DNA from: Candidatus Pelagibacter sp. HTCC7211
Lineage (GTDB): Bacteria > Pseudomonadota > Alphaproteobacteria > Pelagibacterales > Pelagibacteraceae
DNA length: 32,000 nt
Direction: 5' to 3'
NCBI RefSeq assembly: GCF_000155895.1
Contig: NZ_DS995298.1
Span: 150,001-182,000, forward strand
A model generated the notes under the pieces. The model was not told where the DNA came from. It made no database searches and was given only the letters and a program-made list of their open reading frames with translations. Both the position numbers and the translations under genes were made by a program. This document shows, one piece after another, positions 23,997 through 32,000 of this stretch. The first letter of the stretch is position 1. Each line of letters starts with the position of its first letter.

Positions 23997-25564
23997 TGAT
24001 CAGAAAGCTAATAACTCTTTTTAAATTAGGAAGGAAAATTGCTAAATCTGACATTTTAAATATAACTTCGAAATTTAAAAAACCACCTTTAGCTGTAAAA
24101 ATTATTTTTCAAATTTTGTCTTTTTCATTTTCTAAAAAAGAACAAAATAATTTTAACAAAAATGAAGGGGAAAGACTTTCAAGCTCATTAGAGTCAATGG
24201 GAACTACTTTTATTAAACTTGGACAATTTTTAGCGACAAGGCCGGACATAATAGGAGAAGAATTATCGACCAAGCTTGAAAATTTACAAGATCGACTTCC
24301 TCCTTTTCCTATTAATTATGCAAAAGAAATAATAAAAAATGATTTAGGTAATGACACGTATAATTCAATTATAGATTTAAGTGAACCTGTAGCGGCTGCT
24401 TCTATTGCGCAAGTACACAAAGCAAAAATTAATGACAACGGAACGATTAAAGATGTGGCTATTAAAATTTTAAGACCAGATATTAAAAAAATATTTAATG
24501 AAGAAATCGATGCTATGATGTTATTTGCTTTCATCATCGAGTCGTTTATAAAAAAAACAAAAAGATTAAAACTTGTTGAGGTTGTTTTTTTATTAAAAGA
24601 AATAACTAATCTTGAGATGGATTTAAGGTTTGAGGCAGCAGCAGCAAATGAATATGCTGAAAATACGAAAAATGATGTTGGGTTTCAAGTACCACAAATA
24701 TACTGGAATTTTACCAGTGAAAATGTGATGACTTTAGATTGGATAGATGGTGTTTCAATAAGAGAGACTGAAGAACTAAAAAAAAGAAATCTGGATACAA
24801 ATAAAATTGCTGAAGATATAATCCAACATTTCTTAAGACATGCTGTAAGAGATGGTTTCTTTCACGCTGATATGCACCAAGGAAACATTTTTATTGATAA
24901 CAATGGTCAAATAGCACCTATTGATTTTGGTATCATGGGAAGATTAGATAAAGTTAGTAAAAGGTTTTTGGCTGAAATCCTATTCGGTTTTATACAGAGA
25001 GATTATAAAAAAGTAGCTGAAGTCCATTTAGTTGCGGGATTAGTGCCAAATAACGTGCCAATTGATGATTTAGCACAAGCATTACGATCAATAGGAGAGC
25101 CTATTTTTGGACAAGCCGTAAAAGATATTTCGGGTGGCAAATTACTCAAACAATTATTTGATGTGACTGAGAAATTTAATATGCAAACACAACCTCAACT
25201 TTTGATGTTACAAAAAACAATGGTTGTAGTTGAAGGTGTTGCAAGAAAATTAAATCCTAACACTAATATCTGGACAACATCAAAACCAGTCCTTGAAAGT
25301 TGGTTAAGAGAAACAAAGGATCCTATTAATAATTTAAATGAAACATTAAAAAATACATCCGAAGTTATTAAAAGATTGCCTGAATTTCCTGAAATTATGG
25401 ATAAAGCCAATCAAGCCTTAACATTTTTAGCAAATGGCCAAATTCCTCAAAATTCAAACTCTTTTACTGCATTAAATGATAAGAAATCTGAAATGATTGC
25501 ATTTAGAAATCAAACTATTATTGGCTTATTAGGTCTTGTAATTATTGGACTATTAGTATTTTAA
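23996..25564 (+). CDS. ubiB: Ubiquinone biosynthesis protein UbiB (ABC1/ADCK atypical kinase family)
   Basis: It has LGTTFIKLGQFLATRPD, AAASIAQVH, FHADMHQGNIF and the DFGIMG motif, plus a C-terminal TM helix. The track start, 23984, overlaps ubiE by 13 nt. I prefer ATG 23996, which forms TAATG with the ubiE stop. Confidence 0.88.
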   Translation: MIRKLITLFKLGRKIAKSDILNITSKFKKPPLAVKIIFQILSFSFSKKEQNNFNKNEGERLSSSLESMGTTFIKLGQFLATRPDIIGEELSTKLENLQDRLPPFPINYAKEIIKNDLGNDTYNSIIDLSEPVAAASIAQVHKAKINDNGTIKDVAIKILRPDIKKIFNEEIDAMMLFAFIIESFIKKTKRLKLVEVVFLLKEITNLEMDLRFEAAAANEYAENTKNDVGFQVPQIYWNFTSENVMTLDWIDGVSIRETEELKKRNLDTNKIAEDIIQHFLRHAVRDGFFHADMHQGNIFIDNNGQIAPIDFGIMGRLDKVSKRFLAEILFGFIQRDYKKVAEVHLVAGLVPNNVPIDDLAQALRSIGEPIFGQAVKDISGGKLLKQLFDVTEKFNMQTQPQLLMLQKTMVVVEGVARKLNPNTNIWTTSKPVLESWLRETKDPINNLNETLKNTSEVIKRLPEFPEIMDKANQALTFLANGQIPQNSNSFTALNDKKSEMIAFRNQTIIGLLGLVIIGLLVF

Positions 25565-25573
25565 TTCTTCAAA

Positions 25574-26779
25574 ATGAAAAATGTGTTAAATAAAAAAATT
25601 CTATTAATTATATGTGGAGGAATTTCTGCTTACAAGAGTCTTGAAACAATAAGACTTTTTAAAAAAAATGGAGCAGTAATTAAAACTATACTTACTAGTA
25701 GTGCTAAAGAATTCATTACTCCTCTTTCTGTTGCCTCTCTTTCACAAGGAAAAGTTTACAGTGAACTGTTCAATGTTGAAAATGAAACAGAAATGGATCA
25801 TATCGCTCTATCGAGATGGGCAGATATAATTTTAATAGCTCCAGCAACAGCCAACACTATTTCTAAATTAGCGCAGGGTACAACTGATGATCTTGCTTCA
25901 ACCGTAGTATTAGCATCAGATAAAGATATTTATTTAGCTCCAGCGATGAATGTTAGGATGTGGGAACATCAATCTACAAAACAAAATTTAAAAAAACTTA
26001 AAAGCTTTGGTTATAAAACAATTGGACCAGAAATTGGGGAAATGGCTTGTGGAGAATATGGAGAGGGCAAAATGTCAGATCCACTTACTATTTCTACGGA
26101 AATAGATAATTATTTTTTAAAACAAAAAAACAATAAAAAACTTAAAGCAATAGTCACTGCAGGCCCAACAAATGAATATATAGATCCTGTTAGATTTCTA
26201 ACTAATAAATCAAGTGGTAAGCAAGGATATGAGATTGCTAAATCTTTATTTAAAAAAGGTTTTGATACAACTCTAATTTCTGGACCAACAAATTTAAATA
26301 TTGATGAAGATATTAAGTTAATTAAAGTAGAAACAGCTAACCAAATGTTGGTTGCTACACAAGAAAATTTACCAGCTGATGTAGCAATATTTTCAGCTGC
26401 AGTTGCTGATTTTAAAGTCAATAAAAAATTTAAAAGCAAAATTAAAAAACAAGATTTTTTAAAATTAAATTTGGAAAAAAATGTAGACATTTTGAGTTAT
26501 GTTTCTAATCACAACTCAATGAGACCAAATCTTGTAATAGGTTTTGCAGCTGAAACTGATGAAATTGAATTAAATGCAAAAGAGAAATTGAATAATAAAA
26601 ATTGTGATTGGATTATTTCTAATGACGTATCTAATAGAAAAATTGGTTTTGATTCTGATTATAATGAAGTAACAATTCATTACAGAAATAAAGATATAAA
26701 ACCAGAAAACCTTTCATATAAAAAAAAATCTGAAATATCTGATGAAATAGTTGATAGAATAATTTATCAATTAAATTAA
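25574..26779 (+). CDS. coaBC: Bifunctional phosphopantothenoylcysteine decarboxylase / phosphopantothenate-cysteine ligase
   Basis: 401-aa ORF. The N-terminal flavoprotein domain has GGISAYK and PATANTISKLAQG. The C-terminal DFP domain has TAGPTNEYIDPVRFLTNKSSGKQG. Confidence 0.95.
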   Translation: MKNVLNKKILLIICGGISAYKSLETIRLFKKNGAVIKTILTSSAKEFITPLSVASLSQGKVYSELFNVENETEMDHIALSRWADIILIAPATANTISKLAQGTTDDLASTVVLASDKDIYLAPAMNVRMWEHQSTKQNLKKLKSFGYKTIGPEIGEMACGEYGEGKMSDPLTISTEIDNYFLKQKNNKKLKAIVTAGPTNEYIDPVRFLTNKSSGKQGYEIAKSLFKKGFDTTLISGPTNLNIDEDIKLIKVETANQMLVATQENLPADVAIFSAAVADFKVNKKFKSKIKKQDFLKLNLEKNVDILSYVSNHNSMRPNLVIGFAAETDEIELNAKEKLNNKNCDWIISNDVSNRKIGFDSDYNEVTIHYRNKDIKPENLSYKKKSEISDEIVDRIIYQLN

Positions 26780-27216
26780 TGGTAAAAGTTCTTTTAAAGA
26801 AATTAGATTCATCTGTAGAGCTACCTTCGTATAAAACTGATGGAGCATCAGGTATGGATTTAATGGCATTTATTAAAGAGCCTATAAATTTAAAACCTTA
26901 TACATCTTGCATGGTTCCAACAGGCATTTCTTTAGCATTCTCTGGTGAATTTGAAATTCAAATAAGACCTAGATCTGGCTTAGCTGCTAAAAGTAGTATT
27001 AGTGTTTTAAACACACCGGGCACAATTGACAGTGATTATAGGGGTGAAATTAAAGTAATTTTATATAACCATGGGAGTAATGATTTTTTAATAAATAATA
27101 AAGATAGAATTGCCCAAATGGTTTTAACACCGGTTGTTAAAATAGATCTTGAGGAAACTGATGATCTTCCTAATACAGTAAGAGGCAAAGGTGGTTTTGG
27201 TTCAACAGGGAAATGA
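26779..27216 (+). CDS. dut: dUTP diphosphatase
   Basis: 145-aa ORF with GASGMDL, RPRSGLA, GTIDSDYRGE and C-terminal RGKGGFGSTG motifs. Its start overlaps the coaBC stop (TAATG). Confidence 0.95.
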   Translation: MVKVLLKKLDSSVELPSYKTDGASGMDLMAFIKEPINLKPYTSCMVPTGISLAFSGEFEIQIRPRSGLAAKSSISVLNTPGTIDSDYRGEIKVILYNHGSNDFLINNKDRIAQMVLTPVVKIDLEETDDLPNTVRGKGGFGSTGK

Positions 27217-27968
27217 CTTTAAAACTAAGTAAAAAAGAAATTGAAAAGTTTTCAAGACAAATAATTCTAAAAAATATTGGAGCTTTAGGCCAAAAAAAAA
27301 TTCTAAATTCCAAAGTTCTTATAATTGGTATGGGAGGGTTAGGCTGCCCAGTTGCAGAATTTTTAACTAGATCTGGAATTGGTACATTAGGAATTATAGA
27401 TCATGATATTGTTGGTGCATCTAACATTCATAGACAAAGCTTATATGATGAAAGAGATTTGAATAAGCTAAAAGTTAAAGTAGCCCAGGAAAAATTAAAG
27501 AATATTAATCCAAAAACCAAAGTTAATGCTTTCGCTGTTAAATTAAACAATATAAATGCAGATAAAATAATCAAAAATTATGATTATATTGTTGACGGTA
27601 CAGACAATTTTAAAAGTAAGTTTTTAATTAATGATTTAAGCCTTAAAAATAAAAAATTTCTTGTTACTGGAGCTATTAGTAAATTTGATGGTCATATTTT
27701 CACTTTTAACTTTAAAAACAAAAAAGATCCTTGTTTAAGGTGTTTTTATCAGGAAGAAAGTATTTCGGACGATATTTTAAACTGTGAATATGAAGGAATT
27801 TTAGGAACTGTAGCTGGTATAATAGGAACAATGCAGGCCAATGAGATATTAAAAAAGGTACTTAATATTGGTCAAAATTTAGAACGCTCAATATTAATTA
27901 TAGACTTATTAAATTTGAATTTTAGAAAAGTAAAAATAAATAAAAGAAAAAAATGTGAATGCAGATAA
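27213..27968 (+). CDS. ThiF/MoeB/HesA-family adenylyltransferase (E1-like)
   Basis: 251-aa ORF. It has FSRQI, the nucleotide-binding GMGGLGCP, NIHRQ, and a CxxC (CLRC) plus C-terminal CEC. It forms an ATGA overlap with dut. Confidence 0.8.
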   Translation: MTLKLSKKEIEKFSRQIILKNIGALGQKKILNSKVLIIGMGGLGCPVAEFLTRSGIGTLGIIDHDIVGASNIHRQSLYDERDLNKLKVKVAQEKLKNINPKTKVNAFAVKLNNINADKIIKNYDYIVDGTDNFKSKFLINDLSLKNKKFLVTGAISKFDGHIFTFNFKNKKDPCLRCFYQEESISDDILNCEYEGILGTVAGIIGTMQANEILKKVLNIGQNLERSILIIDLLNLNFRKVKINKRKKCECR

Positions 27969-28411
27969 TGAAAAAACAAATTTATACTTTATTTTTTTTA
28001 ATATTTTTTGTTTCTTGTAACGCTACGGCTGAAACTTTTTTGTCTTTGAAAAAAAATAAAGTTAATGTTCGGTATGGTCCTAGTTTTGACTCTGATGTTA
28101 AATATGTTTATAAAAAAATTAATCTTCCACTTAAACAGATAGATAAAAAAGAAAATTTTAGAAGAATAATTGACATGAAAAATAACAGTGGTTGGATTCA
28201 TGTTTCTCAATTAAAAAATAATAATTCTGTCATCTCAACTGATTTAAAAATTTTATTTAAAAAACCATCATCATTTGCAAAACCAATTGCTCAATTAAAA
28301 AAGGGTAGGTTGCTTATTGTAAAAGAATGTAAAAAAAAATGGTGTAGTGTAGAAACTGGAAAATTTACTGGTTGGGTGGATAAAGAAAATCTTTGGGGAA
28401 TATCTAAGTAA
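27968..28411 (+). CDS. Exported bacterial SH3-like domain protein (DUF1058-like)
   Basis: It has a signal peptide (MKKQIYTLFFLIFFVSCNATA) and then LKKNKVNVRYGPS...SGWIH...GWV, the repeats typical of alphaproteobacterial SH3-like periplasmic proteins. The track start is 27959. ATG 27968 forms TAATG with the upstream stop. Confidence 0.55.
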   Translation: MKKQIYTLFFLIFFVSCNATAETFLSLKKNKVNVRYGPSFDSDVKYVYKKINLPLKQIDKKENFRRIIDMKNNSGWIHVSQLKNNNSVISTDLKILFKKPSSFAKPIAQLKKGRLLIVKECKKKWCSVETGKFTGWVDKENLWGISK

Positions 28412-29008
28412 TTAGTTTTTAAAAGGATTGTCAAGAACACAAGCTACAAGATGAACGCGTGCTTGTTCACCACCATTAAAAAAATTATGGTATTTAGTGT
28501 TATTTGTAATCCATACACTTCCATCTGCTGGCAAATGTTTTGCAACATTTTCTATAACCATTGAGCATCCAGCATTAGTTACGATTGGTATATGTAATCT
28601 ACATTCAGGATCTTTGTGCCAACTTAAAGTTGATCTTGGTTCCTTTAATAAAAGTCTTACCCTTCCAAGCTTAAACCTTTTGCTTAATACCTCATAAACT
28701 TCGCTAAAGTACGTGTTGTTAAATTCTGGCACTAATTGTGTATATTTAGACTCGTCAATATCAATATCTCTTGATACTTCCTTGCCAGTTTCATCTGCTA
28801 TGGTCCAATATTTTCCTCGTATATTGTTTCCTTTAATAGAGCTCTCATCATTAGGAATTTGATTTAAAGAAATAGCACCAAAGTGGGTGACACCTGGAGA
28901 ATTAAACTTTTTATTTTCAAGAATTGAATCTAAATCATTTCTTAATTTTGAAATATCAAATTTTAATTCAGGGACCTTATAAAAGTCTTCAAAACTTACT
29001 TGAGCCAT
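28412..29008 (-). CDS. Aspartyl/asparaginyl beta-hydroxylase-like 2OG-Fe(II) oxygenase (cupin fold), soluble, substrate unknown
   Basis: 198-aa ORF. WHKDPECRLHIPIVTNAGCSMVIEN...GSVWITNNTKYHNFFNGGEQARVHLV fits the HxD...H facial triad and the R.H.P-L/I...N...RVHL pattern of the Asp/Asn beta-hydroxylase (LpxO/OlsC-related) family. It has no TM segment. It starts 14 nt after the katG stop. Confidence 0.5.
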   Translation of the reverse strand: MAQVSFEDFYKVPELKFDISKLRNDLDSILENKKFNSPGVTHFGAISLNQIPNDESSIKGNNIRGKYWTIADETGKEVSRDIDIDESKYTQLVPEFNNTYFSEVYEVLSKRFKLGRVRLLLKEPRSTLSWHKDPECRLHIPIVTNAGCSMVIENVAKHLPADGSVWITNNTKYHNFFNGGEQARVHLVACVLDNPFKN

Positions 29009-29022
29009 AATGTCTTATTTTG

Positions 29023-31251
<2,229 letters not shown>

Positions 31252-31274
31252 TTACCATTTTTATTGTGATTTAG

Positions 31275-31302
31275 TTTATAATGATTCTAAATAGGTAGTC
31301 AA
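31275..31302 (-). promoter_or_regulatory. Candidate katG promoter TTGACT-N16-TATAAA overlapped by a 17-bp ICE/Irr-box-like (PerR-box-like) palindrome
   Basis: On the minus strand the -35 TTGACT is at 31302-31297 and the -10 TATAAA is at 31280-31275. The box TTTAGAATCATTATAAA (31291-31275) covers the spacer and the -10. It is 1 mismatch from the dyad TTTAGAA-N3-TTCTAAA. Confidence 0.5.
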
Positions 31303-31336
31303 GTAATTCAGACTATTTTGTCTTTAATTGTGACAA

Positions 31337-31750
31337 TTATTCATTATCAACTTTAACAAGAATTTCAACTGAACTAATTTTCTTCCCTGGCAAAATTTTA
31401 TTTATTTGAATTTTTTCCACATCCTCATCGTTTAAATCGATCAACTCTTTAGTAGTCTTGTCATAAAAATGATGGTGATGAGAAGTATTTGTGTCAAAAT
31501 AAGTGCTGTCATTATTTAAAGTAATCTCTTTTAAATAACCTTTTTTCTTGAAAGCATGAACAGTGTTGTAAACTGTAGCTAAAGATATTTTTTCATTATT
31601 TTCTTCAGAAATTTTTTTTACCAATTCATTAATTGTAAAGTGAAAAGTTTTCTCTCTTTTGAATAAAACCTCACAAATTTTAACTCTTTGCTTAGTAGGT
31701 CTTAGTCCCGTTTCTCTTAATTTTTCAATGAAATTACAGTTTTTTGCCAT
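31337..31750 (-). CDS. irr: Fur-family transcriptional regulator, Irr-like (PerR-like function not excluded)
   Basis: 137-aa ORF with a winged-helix N-terminus (GLRPTKQRVKICEVL...LATVYNTVHAFKKKGYL). It then has YFDTNTSHHHHFYDKTTKELIDL with no CxxC pairs, as remembered for alphaproteobacterial Irr (HHH motif). It is divergent from fabA, the arrangement I recall for irr in Rhizobiales. Confidence 0.65.
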   Translation of the reverse strand: MAKNCNFIEKLRETGLRPTKQRVKICEVLFKREKTFHFTINELVKKISEENNEKISLATVYNTVHAFKKKGYLKEITLNNDSTYFDTNTSHHHHFYDKTTKELIDLNDEDVEKIQINKILPGKKISSVEILVKVDNE

Positions 31751-31755
31751 AGTTT

Positions 31756-31772
31756 TTTATAATAATTCTAAA
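31756..31772 (-). promoter_or_regulatory. Second copy of the 17-bp ICE/Irr-box-like palindrome, 5 nt upstream of the irr-like ATG in the irr-fabA divergent region
   Basis: The minus strand reads TTTAGAATTATTATAAA, identical to the katG-proximal copy except for the central base (16/17). Confidence 0.5.
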
Positions 31773-31845
31773 CTAAGAATAAAAATTATATTGTTTTATT
31801 ATATTATATTATCATTAAATCAAGTACTAAGGGAACTCAAAAATT

Positions 31846-32000
31846 ATGAAAAAAAATTCTTACTCCTATGATGATCTCATAACATGTGGAAATGGTGATC
31901 TTTTTGGGCCTGGAAATGCTAAATTACCACTTCCTCCAATGCTGATGTTTGATAGAATAACAGAAATTAATGAGAATAATGGAGAATTTAACAAAGGTTC
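31846..32000 (+). CDS. fabA: 3-hydroxydecanoyl-ACP dehydratase/isomerase FabA; partial, continues beyond the right edge of the window
   Basis: My translation from ATG 31846 is [51 protein letters not shown]. It is colinear with the E. coli FabA N-terminus (...SYTKEDLLASGRGELFG...QLPAPNMLMMDRV...GG.FDKG). Confidence 0.85.
   Translation, partial: MKKNSYSYDDLITCGNGDLFGPGNAKLPLPPMLMFDRITEINENNGEFNKG

Overview
This window is very AT-rich and extremely tightly packed. It looks like a core chromosomal segment of a streamlined marine alphaproteobacterium (SAR11/Pelagibacterales-like). That attribution is an inference from composition, gene content and synteny only.

Gene order, left to right:
- TAXI-type TRAP transporter (fused permease plus solute receptor), class I/II aminotransferase and acetoacetyl-CoA synthetase, all on the minus strand.
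- SUV3-like helicase, TerB-like protein, fdxA and a CarD/CdnL gene on the plus strand.
- A convergent 35-aa polybasic micro-ORF that is absent from the ORF track.
- An acyl-CoA synthetase that directly abuts tRNA-Leu(CAA).
- yqaA-like, dsbB-like and coq7 genes, then an HNH endonuclease, a carboxylesterase, a HIG1-like small membrane protein and a TlpA-like thioredoxin.
- argH, a mini-lipoprotein (also absent from the track), lysA and plsC.
- dnaN and dnaA with a 310-bp, roughly 15% GC upstream region, then rpsT and mutM.
- ubiE, ubiB, coaBC, dut, a moeB/thiF-like gene and an SH3-like exported protein.
- A 2OG-oxygenase-like gene, katG and an Irr-like Fur-family regulator on the minus strand, then the start of fabA.

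I see no transposase, integrase, CRISPR array, phage gene or recognisable defence cassette. Most of the window is housekeeping.

The signals most worth a second look:
1. Two nearly identical 17-bp ICE/Irr-box-like (also PerR-box-like) palindromes. One sits on the katG promoter and one sits immediately upstream of the Irr-like gene. Together they define a compact regulator, katG and 2OG-oxygenase module that looks more GC-rich than its surroundings.
2. An unannotated 35-aa Lys/Ala-rich peptide gene with its own TTGACA promoter, GGGAG Shine-Dalgarno, upstream palindrome and shared bidirectional terminator. It lies tail-to-tail with a CdnL gene that carries a roughly 100-aa histone-H1-like lysine-rich N-terminal extension and an acidic tail.
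3. A tRNA-Leu whose CCA end lies 6 nt from the ATG of the next CDS.
4. Three ATTGAAT repeats at an exact 16-bp phase, plus degenerate DnaA-box-like sites, upstream of dnaA.

All functional calls come from reading the translations against remembered family motifs. No database search was run.
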